A stretch of 63,665 nt of DNA, the filler included, from Rozella allomycis CSF55 (lineage: Eukaryota), in assembly GCA_000442015.1 (NCBI GenBank). It is 4 parts of 4 records of this genome, joined end to end, with 100 filler letters (N's around TTAATTAATTAA, not from the genome) between each part and the next. Parts side by side here need not be neighbours in the genome. Positions count along the whole stretch, not along the records: positions 1 to 23,034 come from KE560601.1; 3 more parts are not named here. The stretch is one strand, 5' to 3'. Of this stretch, positions 1 through 11,878 are shown piece after piece. The position numbers and the translations under genes were made by a program. Under the pieces are notes generated by a model. The model did no database searches, was not told the DNA's origin, and was given only the letters and a program-made list of their open reading frames with translations. The first letter of the stretch is position 1, and each line of letters opens with the position of its first letter.

Positions 1-760
1 TTACTTTAAACGAATCAGCAACAGCTGCGACTCCACCAAAATAATTTCATTATATCCGACTTTTAGAAATAGCTCATTTATCCTATCTTTTTCTTCATCG
101 CTTAAAAATTCTGGTGATGCCAAGGCATTCCGATATTGCTTTTCCAACCTGGAATCAATCGAGGTTTTAACTTTCAAAAGGGCAGCTCTGACTTTACGGT
201 GGGATCCTAATTCTAGAAAGAGATCATTTTTTCTAACCTTTCTATATTCATTCTTTTCCTCCGTCCTTCTGCCCACATTAGCTCTTTTGAAAACAGAAAC
301 AATATACTGCACATTGGGGTAGATTATTTGCCCGCACCACTGTGGTCATTCCCCCGTGCCACCTTAATAAAAATGTCATTTGCCCGCACCACCGGTCATT
401 TCCCCGCACTGCCTCAAGGACTTGTCACATTTATGCGTTAATTAGACATAGTACCACTCAGCGATTACTTATCGAAGCAACATAGCTTGCATGTAACAAA
501 CGTGACATAAAGATCTCAAGAAAAAGGGCGACTTTCCCATGAGAAAGAAGACAGAAAACAGGAATAAATTTGTACGTCAAGTAATTTTAAAAGAAAACTG
601 GGCAAGAGGATAAACATGTCGTGACCATTTCGAGATCATCTTGAGATTCCACATCTTACACATGATTCGTCATCTGAAATCTGGTCGACATTCAGTAAGT
701 ATTCCAAAAAACGAGGAACTTCTGCGACAGATCTTCGTTAGAAATATCTTCCGCATAGTG
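1..760 (-). pseudogene. Degenerate/frameshifted paralog of the secreted His-rich protein at 1147-2505 (runs off window edge)
   Basis: ORF 1-312 matches the C-terminal domain of 1147-2505 (FLSDEEKDRINELFLKVGYN vs FLSEDEKDRINELFLQVGYN). Upstream ~640-735 translates to SVAEVPRFLEYLLNVDQISDD and, after a frameshift, DVESQ, matching FVAKVPKFLESLMNSSQVSDD...DVESQ. Confidence 0.7.
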
Positions 761-893
761 GCTGAGAGCACAATTACAGGTGCTTCATGAAAATTGGATT
801 CCTATTTGCTTAAGGCCATTTCTATTTCAACGAAAAGTTTTCAAAACGTATTAATTGTTTAAAGAATTAAAAAATCTACAAACATGCACGATA

Positions 894-967
894 CATTAGA
901 AGAACGCATGAAATTTATGGACAGTCAAATCATTAGAAGAACGCATGAAATTTATGGACTGTCAAAT
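894..967. repeat. 37-bp tandem duplication (2 copies, 1 mismatch)
   Basis: cattagaagaacgcatgaaatttatggac(a/t)gtcaaat x2. Confidence 0.9.
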
Positions 968-1146
968 CCCTCATTCCCTTTCCATTTCGTAACAAAATTC
1001 TGGTGTCATTGAACTTTCAAACTTAAGTCTCCATAAATATTGTAATAATTTGTTATTTCAATACAATAAAAATTGTGCTCAAAGATAAGAAGCTCTTCAG
1101 ACCTTCAAAGAAAAGCAAAAACTCAATTCAGTCAAAAGATTTATTT

Positions 1147-2505
1147 TCACAACACTGCCCCGGTCGTTAAATCTAGTTCAATTTTGTGGAGAACATCATC
1201 CCTAACTGGCCTTGTCCAAGATGAGTTCCGTTGGAGTAAATCTAAAACCTCTCGCCTTGGACGGATTATCAAATCATTGGAACCATCACGAAATAGCTTG
1301 ACTATTATTCCCATTTCTGCTTCAGAAAGATATTTTCGTGATGATAATACAGCATCAACAGTGCGGGGGAGAATTGGTCGAGCCCAGGATTTATCATTTT
1401 TGAGCAGAGGTATAATTCTATTATAACCTACCTGTAGAAATAGTTCGTTTATCCTATCTTTTTCATCTTCACTGAGAAAATCTTGTGAACCTATTGTAGT
1501 GCGAACTTGCGTTTCCAATTTTGAACCAATAGGATTTCTTATTTTCCGAAGGACGTCTCTAACTTTCTGGAGAGATTTTAATTCTAAAAACATATCATTT
1601 AACATTTTTCTAGCTTTTTCATATTCTTTCTTTTCCGGATCCGCATTTTTTCTCTTGCCTATGTTATCTCGATCCAAAACAGCAACAATATATCGCGCAT
1701 TGGAAATAATGAGGGGGTTGAAATCTTTATTGTCTTTAGGCGGAGTTCGTTCTCTTTGTTCATAAGGTAGGCGCCTGGACAAGTGGGGATTACCAGCTCG
1801 GTCATTATGAAGAGCAAGCTGATAATCTTGATGATGCGAATGATGAGTATCTTCACAATCCTGACCATCATGGCGAATATGAGAACAAGCATGATTAGAA
1901 CGATTAGTGGTTGCAGAAGTTTGACAAGTTTCATGAGCATGATGATAAGAAGGATGTGCATGAATATGATTGCCCTTACAAGCTTGGACATTATGATGGG
2001 TATGATGATAAGCATTATAAGAAAACAATGTCTGGAAAGGTGTATTTTGACCATTATGATTTAATTGGTTATTGGTCTGACGTGAAGGGTTCGTCTGGAC
2101 ATGATTATTGTCATAAGATTGGCAATCAAGATGAGCAAGGTGTGAAGCATGATGTGAAGGAATTGTTTGAACATGATTATTAGATGTATAAGCTTGGCCA
2201 TTATAAGTATGGTAATAAGGATTAGTTGTGGCAAAAACATGATGACCATAATGATAATAATAATCATATGCTCCTATTTCCATGGCTTCTTGTTCAAGTT
2301 TGGGAGAATGTTGTGATTCAACATCGAGTTCGTCTTCGAATGTCACATCAGAACAGTCATCTGAAACCTGACTCGAATTCATTAATGATTCCAAAAACTT
2401 GGGAACTTTTGCAACAAATTTTTCTCCAGGAATACCGGAACCGAGTAAGGCCTGTAGAAAGACAACGAAAAGTAAAATTTTCTTTAGCATGGGGGCTGTG
2501 TGCAA
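1147..2505 (-). CDS. Secreted His/Asn-rich lineage-specific protein (candidate effector)
   Basis: 452-aa intronless ORF, hydrophobic N-terminal signal (KKILLFVVFLQALLGSG), central His-rich quasi-repeats (NNHVQT..S), helical C-terminal domain shared with neighbour paralog. Confidence 0.75.
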   Translation of the reverse strand: MHTAPMLKKILLFVVFLQALLGSGIPGEKFVAKVPKFLESLMNSSQVSDDCSDVTFEDELDVESQHSPKLEQEAMEIGAYDYYYHYGHHVFATTNPYYHTYNGQAYTSNNHVQTIPSHHASHLAHLDCQSYDNNHVQTNPSRQTNNQLNHNGQNTPFQTLFSYNAYHHTHHNVQACKGNHIHAHPSYHHAHETCQTSATTNRSNHACSHIRHDGQDCEDTHHSHHQDYQLALHNDRAGNPHLSRRLPYEQRERTPPKDNKDFNPLIISNARYIVAVLDRDNIGKRKNADPEKKEYEKARKMLNDMFLELKSLQKVRDVLRKIRNPIGSKLETQVRTTIGSQDFLSEDEKDRINELFLQVGYNRIIPLLKNDKSWARPILPRTVDAVLSSRKYLSEAEMGIIVKLFRDGSNDLIIRPRREVLDLLQRNSSWTRPVRDDVLHKIELDLTTGAVL

Positions 2506-3042
2506 TGCCTCGTGCCAAAGGCAAAAAATCCTTTCATACGAGTCAGTACATACTACATTTGATATATCTATTTCTTGAAAAGCTTTGGATACTATAATTC
2601 AAAGATCTTGTTGATAACAAAACTATGTTATGCAATTAGGGGCGTTAAGCTTTCCATTGGGCCATTACAAAATACCAAGTATTGTAATTTACGGGACGAA
2701 AAGTCTGCGGATTTTCTCACTTTTAATTGCTCTGCTTATTCCACGAACTGTTGTTAGTTAAGTAAGTAAAGCAAAGAACTAGAAAGTTTTGAATCATTTG
2801 AATATCATAATCATATGATATACATATTACATTGAATATTAATAAATATTGTATCTTCAATTCCCAATTTCTTTTATCGAGCATATTAATTATTACCTAA
2901 GCATATTCAAATGTCAAGTATTGGTAATTTGGCAACCTGTTAACCTGATTATAAAATTATTAATTTATTACGGTGCAAAATAAATCATATTCCAATTTCA
3001 CTATCCCTCACCAATATCCTTTGCCAAGCCACATCTGGCAAA

Positions 3043-5444
3043 ATGCGAATCCAAATAAAGCGCATGAACGAGGACAGTTCACACCCGTTACAAGTAGACA
3101 ACCAAGTAACAATTTCATCTTGAATTAACTAGGCGACTCTACAAGATCTAAAGCAACTTATCCATGCGAATCTTCAAGTGCCTATCCCGCACCAAAGAAT
3201 AATATTCCGTGGCCGTGTTTTACGTGAAAATGAAAAGCTCTTGACTGATTTCGGTAAAATAGGTTGTGTATAGTGATAGGTATTGTTGACGACACCGTAG
3301 TGCATTTGGTGGTGAGGGCTAGTGAGAATGAAGAAAGGGAAAATAGTAGGCCTGAGAGTGCCGCTAATGTAACTACTGGTATGAATAGCGCAGTACCGCA
3401 GACTGCTGTGTTTTCTTTTACTATTGATACTGATTTGGAGTCTGCTCCACAAACCTTGTCGAGTGTATGGTATTTTATTGTTAGTTATAGATTATGAATC
3501 AGTTAGTTGGCTCGTTTCAAAATACTGCTGGTGGAGGATCATTTATTGGACCGCTAGCTTTTGGATTAGGGTCTAACGCTCCTGTTGCTGGTGGGAATTC
3601 CAGCACTAATAGGACTACTTCAACTGCGAATAATGCACCAGCTACTAACGGAAACAGCACGTCCACTGCCGCTGGAAGGCCAGGAAACGTAACCACTACC
3701 AATGCCTCGCAGCCTTCGGGAGCTAATAGCACTGACAGAAGATATTCTCTTATATTCCCACCATTAGATTTTATTGCCTCGTTTAGGAGAGAAATGAGTA
3801 CCCCTGAAGTTCAAAGTAGTTTAAATCGTTTGAATGAGTCATTGACTGATTTGGGTCTCTTTAGTAATTCGAGTAATGCTGATAGAGTAAACTTTCTATC
3901 TGTTGGCATGAGTAATCTTGAACAAATCGGACATGCTATTGAACAAGTAGGACAATTGCAACAATCGATAGGATCTGAATTGGAGGTGTTTGGTCAGTCT
4001 GTTAGAGGGACGTTGATAAATGAAGCTGAAAGGATGCAAGTTGTTGATCAAAGCGTTAGATTAAAAAGAGCCACTAGAAAATTGGCCCAAATATTTGGTA
4101 GATTGACGCCTTTAATGAATTTTGGGTCTGACGGGAGAGAAATTAGGATTATCAACTCGCCTTCTTCTTCATCTAATAGTTCTTCTAATTCTTCTAATAA
4201 TGCGACTAATAACAACAATACCAGTTCTAGCAGTGTTAACAATGCAAATAGAGGTCAAACATCAACAACAAGTACATCTCGCCCATCCAACGCCAATACA
4301 ACTCAAACAAATTCTAGGGAATCTTCTCAGTCAAATGCTAATAGCTTATTAGACTCTTTAAACAGTGTGGTTCCAAGACTACTGGATTTACTTCCAGCTG
4401 CAACATCCATTGAAAGCTCGTCTACTAGACTACAAACGACCGTCTCTCAATTAGAAACAGCCATATCGCGTATAAACGAATCGCCCTCTTCTTTCATGTC
4501 ACTTGGTTCTGTGTTAGTATATTTAGCTGAAAGAATGTTTCCTGAAAGAAATCAACCCTTGTATCCAAATTTATTTGATGACAGCATAATTTCTTCTGAT
4601 TCTCCTCTTTTAAAATACTTTGGCAAAAATATCACCATGGATCAGCTGATTTCCATCTTGCAAGGCAATAATGAACACCTGGCTAAATTAAAACCTTTCT
4701 TTAATGCTTGGTTCACAGAAATTGGTCTCTCAGAGACTCTTTCCTTTAATCAAATCAAAGTAAAATATTTATTTATTATTTACAGACCATCCTTGACAGA
4801 TATTGTAGATCAATAAGACTAAAGTTGCAAAATGGTTTGTTACCAATTGGTTCCGATATAAATGCCTTAACTAATTCTATCGCTTCGGATTTCTCACAAA
4901 GATTATATGAGTTCTTATTTAGCATTTATTGCGTCATGGAATCAGAATCTGATGACCGATTTTCAAGAACATTACGAACTCAGTTTAACGACATGCTCTA
5001 TCATCCCTTTATTTCTGATTTAAATGTTGTTGCAGAATCACATAACATAGAAATCAAGACTTTATTGAATGCGATATTCACGCCTCTACTAGAACATATC
5101 TTTCCTGTAATGGCAGTTGGCATTTCAAACTTGATAACATCCTCATTGGATACTCAAACAGCTGTGTCACCTTCAAGAGTAAGTATTATACAATTTTTTC
5201 ATTAGAATGTAAATAAAAGGAAAAAAGGTGATGAAAGTGAAGACGAGGAAAGTAAATCAAGGTTGAAGAAAATTATAACAACCGCGGCTGAGGATTCTAA
5301 CTTACCCGGTAAAAAATAAATGATTGTTTATTATATTTAATAGGCCCTGATTTTAACTTGTTAATAAATAACATGGACTCGATCATTGAAAATTTAATTG
5401 ATGATTTTAAAAACCTTGTGAGCGGCAGCCTCAATCACCAATAA
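3043..5444 (+). CDS. N-terminal ubiquitin-like domain protein, BAG6/Scythe-like (multi-exon)
   Basis: Spliced exons give MRIQIKRMNEDSSHPLQVDNQ-ATLQDLKQLIHANLQVPIPHQRIIFRGRVLRENEKLLTDFG-IVDDTVVHLVVR (UBL) followed by long S/T/N-rich and helical regions; ~6 GT-AG introns of 26-35 nt. Confidence 0.7.
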
Positions 5445-5604
5445 ACATCACTTTTCCTTTGCTACCTTGTTTTTCCTCATTCAAAATTTCAAGACTGCCA
5501 TTAGTGTAAAGCCCAATAGTTAATTTATGATATATCAACTTGTGGTATAAAGAACCTCAATTGAATCACTTAAGAAGTTAATCAGATTTGATCAGATTAT
5601 AAAC

Positions 5605-6000
5605 ATGACCGTTACCAAACCAGGATTTCATGATCATAAACATTTAATCGATCACACAGCACGTGTGAGAGAACGCTTAGAACTCATAAGAAAGGAAATG
5701 AGGGCAAAGGGCGAAGAGTTAAAACACCACCTCGACGAGAGTTTGAGACAGGCAGTGATAAAAGCACAGGAAGCAATTGAACAGCATCGTTTAGCCGCAA
5801 TACAATTAGATCATAGCGAAGAAGCGCATCAAAGAAAAAAGGAATTGGATGATGCTTTGACAAGAGCCTTAGCCGATGAACGTGCTCATGTCGAAGAACA
5901 ACTGAAATTGGCTGAAAAAAGAAGAGAAGAGTATTTGAAGAAACATCATTTCGTTCACAAGTTCCAAAATGAATCCAAAGATCATGTTCAAGTTCAATAA
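5605..6000 (+). CDS. Small charged coiled-coil protein, unknown function
   Basis: 131-aa ORF with ATG, E/K/R/H-rich heptads. Confidence 0.65.
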   Translation: MTVTKPGFHDHKHLIDHTARVRERLELIRKEMRAKGEELKHHLDESLRQAVIKAQEAIEQHRLAAIQLDHSEEAHQRKKELDDALTRALADERAHVEEQLKLAEKRREEYLKKHHFVHKFQNESKDHVQVQ

Positions 6001-6050
6001 ACGCTTCAATGTCGAGATATATTTATTTTGTCACACAAGTGTAAACAAAA

Positions 6051-7945
6051 ATGCTGTATGATGTTCAAACAGTACCTCAATCACCTCTAAAGGTAGAGTC
6101 AACGGGAACCACTCCAATTCCCACTACGCCCAAACCATCCGTAGAGTCCGATTCAAACAAAGATTTATCCGAGCGGTCACCTCTTCACATTCCTTATCAT
6201 GTGATTGCAGTCAGGACTTTGGTATATGAGAAAGCGGAAAAACAGTAATGTTATACAATTTACTCTATGCAGCAATTTAAATGGATTGTCAATGATGAGC
6301 AAAGGTCGATTTATTGCAGCCATCTCCGAGTTTAACAAGGCAATATACTTACTACCCCGTGAAATGTCGTATGTTTTTCATAGAGCTGAATGCTATCTTA
6401 GCATTAACGATATACAAGGAGCTATTGACAATTATAGAAGAGTCTGCCAAAATTCATTCCAACCGAAGTTTGTTCCAAGGAGGCTAGCAAAAGCATATTT
6501 TACCCATGGATTGGTTGAAATGGATAAAGGTCAACTATACATTGCACTGGAAAAATTCGAAAGGTCATATAATCTTTTCAAAGGTAACGACCAGTTGATC
6601 ATGGCCATGTAAAATATGCGAAACGATGTCATAAGGGTTATGTGTCACCTTGGTTTAGATGAAATGGATGAAGCTTTTGCCTATCTAAACAAACTAATCC
6701 AAAAATATGACAAGGAACCGGATCTGTATGTTATCAGAGCCAAGATGTATCAAAGTCAAGAAGATGTGAGCCTAATTGTATTCTATTTATCTAGATCGCT
6801 CAGGTTTATCACAATTTAGAAATTATAAAGAAATTACATCCAAATCATCCTGAAGTCCCGTATTTGCAAAGGATTGTTAATGACATTGTTGTGCAATATA
6901 GGAACAAGGCATTTGAGTTTGTTGGTGTAGGAGAAGTGAGAAAAGCCATAACATGTTTGACAAAGGCAATTTTGATTATAAAAGACGCCCTTCTTTTGAC
7001 GCAAAGGTGTGGATTAATGTGCATAAGTATAGGGGCTTACTATTTCACCAAATTGGAGATTATCGACATGCTATAGAAGATTTACAGCCGATAGTTGAGC
7101 AGGAGAAAATGGATGTGAGTAAGGAAGTTTTAACCAAACTCGCGGATTCCTTTTATCATTTAGCGCTTGGCTTTGTCCGGTACGGAGACGGACATGAAGC
7201 GATAAAGGCCGTTTCCCAAGCTATACGATATAACTCGACGGCAGTCGAGTACTATAAATTACGTGCGGAATGTCATGAAAGCTTTGAAAGATACTCAGAA
7301 GCCGTCAACGATTATAGTATGTGTTACAATTTACACGATGATCCGATTTACAATCAGATGACTTCTAGCTTACTATACAAGATAGCTGTACAAAAATACA
7401 AAGATAAAAATTATGTTAAAGCACTTGATACTTTGAATAGGTGTATTAAGACTGTGGTACTGGTCGAAGCCCTTCTATTAAGGGCAAAGACATTTTACAA
7501 GCTGCAAGTAAACTTTTCACACTGCGAATTTTAGAATACCAAGGCCGCTATTGAAGGGATCATTGAGGTCCTGAAAATAAATCCAGGTAATGTAGAGGCA
7601 CAAAGGTTTTTGTTGGAAGATATATGTAATGGCTCTGATACTGATCTTGCAAATATTCTTCAAGCATATAGTATAGTACCTTTTCCAGAATACTCTACTA
7701 ATGAGATAAAACTGCAGCCCGATATTATCGAACCAGTCAATCATAATACGTCAAGTGCAATAATTCCAAATACTCCAAAGACATCAATTATAGAAAGCCA
7801 GTTTCAAAAACTATCTATCCATGTGCCAAGTAGTGCGGCATTTATATATCCAAAGTCATCTTTAGCTAAACGTGTCAACGTACCAAGGGACACTGTGTTG
7901 GCATTGTCGGGTTCTAAAGTAGATTCCCCAAAGAAAGAAAAATAA
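6051..7945 (+). CDS. Tetratricopeptide-repeat protein (TTC16-like, probably ciliary)
   Basis: Multiple TPR motifs (AISEFNKAI, RAECYLSINDIQGAIDNYRR, AITCLTKAI) joined by 5 GT-AG introns. Confidence 0.75.
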
Positions 7946-7952
7946 ATCGAAC

Positions 7953-8558
7953 TTAAATGAGTTTTATTAGATTTTGTCTGACAAATTTTTCTATGCGATC
8001 ATGTGATATTGCTAGTATATCTCCACCTGATAACTCAAATGATTCCATATCCGGTCCTCCGTCAATAACAATTGGCATGTTAGGTTCCTCCACAACCTGA
8101 CAAATTACCATCAAGTTGGATCTTGGTTTTCTTAATTGGTGATCTTCTAAATTTGAAAAATGATGAGGTAAATCATTCAGAATTGAAGATTTGTAATACT
8201 GGTCTGTGATCTCAGAAAGAGATTCGATTAATTCTTTTTCTTCTTCGGAAAACCTATCTTCGTACATATGAAAATTTCGTTTGTAGTAGAGAACATGACT
8301 TTCTATTTTCTGAAAACGAAGCCTAACAAAACTTTTCAGCAGATAACGGATTCTTTCTATTTCCATTTCAATCACTAATTCTAATGGGCCGTTCTTCACT
8401 TGCCTGTCGTTTGCTTGTTGTATATCATCGTTCCTTTGCTCCAAATATAACATCATGTTATCGAAACATTCAAAGGGAAAGGTGAGAATTTCAGGAGAAA
8501 ACTTTTCGTTCATATATGCTCTCTTGAACCTTTCATAGTCGTCAACTTCGTCTACCAT
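7953..8558 (-). CDS. SLD5: GINS complex subunit Sld5/GINS4
   Basis: AYMNEKFSPEIL, EMEIERIRYLLKSFVRLRFQKIE motifs. Confidence 0.9.
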   Translation of the reverse strand: MVDEVDDYERFKRAYMNEKFSPEILTFPFECFDNMMLYLEQRNDDIQQANDRQVKNGPLELVIEMEIERIRYLLKSFVRLRFQKIESHVLYYKRNFHMYEDRFSEEEKELIESLSEITDQYYKSSILNDLPHHFSNLEDHQLRKPRSNLMVICQVVEEPNMPIVIDGGPDMESFELSGGDILAISHDRIEKFVRQNLIKLI

Positions 8559-8572
8559 CTGAAATTTCTAAA

Positions 8573-9781
8573 ATGGAGTTTGAGGATGGAATCTCTTTAA
8601 GTATGGAAGAAGATAGAGATAGTAATTTTGATGTAATAATAAGACAGGGCTTTCGTCTTGTAATTTAGAATCACAGTCCAGCATCTTTTACCATGACGAC
8701 TCTGAAAAAAACAACGCACCTGAGAATCCCAAGGAGCCAGAAAGCAAAGAAAATGATCACGGAGTTGAAATAGAAGATGATAATGAAAGTTGTATTTTAG
8801 TCGAAGAAGAAATCCTTGATATAGACAGTGACAACGGAGACGAAAATAAGCCTTCTCAACTCCTTGTAGACGAAAGCGACAATGTTGAAAACAGAGAAAA
8901 TGATGAACAGACAAAAAAACGAGGAAGGCCTCGTTTAAAGAAGAGTAACGCTGTTGACAATTCATCACAGGCAAATCCTAGGCCTGTCCGTGCTGCTAAA
9001 ATTAAATCATATAATAAAGCGGTGTTTGGATATGAAGAGCTTACTCATGATTTCTCATTGGAGGTTCCTATCCAAAGCGCCAATGTAGAGGTTCTTCCTA
9101 TTCCTGTTAAAGAGAAAAAAGTAAAAGAAAACAGGGGAAGTTGGAGAACAGGAATTAATTTTCTTTTTACTGATCCGAGGTCGAAATTGGCTGTCATTAA
9201 TTTGGAGGTACACGATAATGAAAATTCCAAAATAGAAAATATTCAATCATTATGTTTTTGACAACAAGATATCAGACGAAGATAAGCAAAGGTTGCTCGA
9301 TTTACTTCCCGAGGCTGACCTAGTAAATACAGAAAAAGGCAGATTTTTGATGCCCAACTTCTTTTCGCAAAACCATGTTTTTCGGAGTTACTTGACTACA
9401 TTTCAAGAACATTTATATTATGGAAACTTTTTATGTAATGATGAGGAAATCTCCAATTCTAAAAATGATGATGAAGACTTTGAAGAAGGAAAAAGGAAGG
9501 GAAGAAAACGATCAAAATTCCCGGCAACGCCAAAGGTTGAAAATCAAGTGAAAAGAAAGATAAGCGATGAGCTAAAAGATGCCGTAAAGGATATATCATT
9601 ATCCAAGCATTCATTGAAAATGCAAAAAATTTTGAAAATGAGCAAAACAATCAAAATTGTTAAAAGGAAAAAAGAAGAAACATTTAATCGAAGGAGCAGA
9701 TTGTATTCAATGAATTTAAAGAGGAATTTACACTTAGAGGACTGGCAAAAGCAAGTTTTTGAAGATCATGGAATTTATTGA
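8573..9781 (+). CDS. AT-hook plus ASXH/DEUBAD-domain chromatin protein
   Basis: Acidic N-terminus, KKRGRPR AT-hook (~8915-8935), FTDPRSKL...SDEDKQRLLDLLPEAD...FFSQNHVFRSYLTTFQEHLYYG (Asx homology domain); 2 introns; start 8573 or 8603. Confidence 0.7.
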
Positions 9782-9790
9782 ATAAATTCT

Positions 9791-11518
9791 TTACTTTAAA
9801 TTCTTTGTCATAAAATTTAATACATCAAATTGCGAAATGACATGAATTACTTTTTCTGAATCTGTAACAATTAATAATGAACTCTTTTGAAGCAAATCCA
9901 AAGCTTGTCCCACTGAAGTGTCCAAATTTACATTTTCAACCTTTCTCAATTCTTTTCAAATTTTACTTTGAATTCTTCTCTTATTAATTCAACTGAATCA
10001 TTTAATTGGATCTCGCCTTTAAATAGCTTGGATAAAATGAACTTCAGGTTTGCAATTCCCTTCAACTTAAAATCAGTAGTGACTATGACTATTTGGTCTA
10101 TTCCATGTTTCTTCATCAGATTGACTGCATCATTGACGCTAGACTGTTTCAATTAAAATATGGTTGTTACTTTTTCATGCAACGTTATTGCTCGAGGAAG
10201 ATTCATTTCCTTAATCGTAGCATTATTTAAACCATTTAAGTCAATTTTCTCATTCTTCTTTCCTTCAAGAAATCCGTTTTCCAACATCCATTTATCACTA
10301 TATAACAATTGGGTATCAAAGAATACTTTAGAAATTTGGACATGTAATTTCTAACAGAATCAGGCAAAATTACAACAACTCTTTGCCCTTTCTTGAATTT
10401 CTTTGCTATTTTAATTGTGGCAGCCATAGCGGACCCTGAAGATCCTCCTAAAGACAATAGTACTGAAACAGATTACCGCAAAGTAATCCTTCTTCCCTAA
10501 TTATTCTTCTTGCCATGGTGAAGGATTCCATGTCGTTAGTTTTTATCCACTCGTCAATCAAAGGTCTATCTAGAACTTTTGGTATAAAATCGTATCCTAT
10601 TCCCTCCACTTTGTACGATGCAGATGTGGTATTCAATGTATCTGGAACAGCCAAAAGGGAACCATGAGGGTCAACGCCATATATTTTTACATTTGGTATT
10701 CTTTCTCTCAATTTTCTTGCAATTCCTGTTATTGTTCCTCCTGTACCAGCGCCTTATTGAATACATTTTGAAACATATACCTGCGACAATTGCATCGATA
10801 TTGCCGTTGGTTTGCCTCAGAATTTCTTCCGCTGTTGTATCATAATGAGCTATGGGATTATATGGATTAGCATATTGATCTAAAATTATAGAATTGGGTA
10901 TTTCTTGATTCAATCTTTTCGCCACACCAATATGACTTTCAGGTGAATCATATGGGGCTTCAGTTGGAGTCCTAATAATTTCAGCACCCAATGCTTTCAA
11001 AACGTCAACCTAATTCTTCGATAATATCCGTGATACCTTTTCCTGAGACATCTTTTCTGGTAACGTAATGATGACCTTGTATCCTTTAACAGCAGCAGCT
11101 AGACCTAACCCTATCCCTTATAAAGAAAACAAAAACCCAAATTACCTGTATTTCCAGATGTAGGCTCGATAATAGTGAAACCCGGCTTAAGCCGACCGTC
11201 TCTTTCGGCTTCTTCTATCATTCGTTTGCCAATACGATCTTTGACGCTTCCGCCGGCATTAAAATATTCACATTTAGCCACTATAGATTCAATCATAATC
11301 ATCTTACGTATCTCACATTCTATCTTCTCCTTTGCGGGAATACTGTGTAATCGGACAAGAGGTGTGTTTCCAATATAATCCAGAATAGTATTGCATATTT
11401 CAGGCTCGTTTTCACTATAATTAAACTCCATACTCTATGATTACGGCTTCAGATGATGGTGAGGGGACTCACTAATAGATTTATCTATAGACCATGTGCA
11501 AAGATGCTTCTCCGTCAT
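9791..11518 (-). CDS. CBS: Cystathionine beta-synthase with N-terminal heme motif and C-terminal CBS domains
   Basis: [19 protein letters not shown]-lysine motif, [32 protein letters not shown]; 8 GT-AG introns; first exon [22 protein letters not shown]. Confidence 0.95.
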
Positions 11519-11878
11519 TAAATAAATTTCAAAATTAAAATTATAAAAATTAAAATATGAACTGTGTGCTTTATATGAATGTTTGACGTTATGAAATTAA
11601 ATTAACGGGCTTCAAACTGAATAACTAGGTATTACAATAAAAAATTGAATCATACTTCTCTTTGTTCGTTTTTTATACAATATTCTATAACCGCAATGAG
11701 TACATCTCACTGCATCCTACATAATATTTGAGAAATAGAAATACTTTGGCTTTTAGCTCGTTATCAGCCCCACAACCTAAAATATAGATAGATTAATTTT
11801 TTACTTCCGCATAAATATGTTAGCGCTGGCGCTACTTGGTTTATTCTTGTTCCGTCCATCAAAAAGCACCCTGGTTTA

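Noticed and set aside
1659-2267. Ile/Met/Leu-rich hydrophobic ORFs
   Set aside because: Alternate frames of the His-rich repeat tract
4793-4824. Possible 20-nt intron in the BAG6-like gene
   Set aside because: After the 4760 intron the frame reads through (TILDRYCRSIRLKLQN) without it
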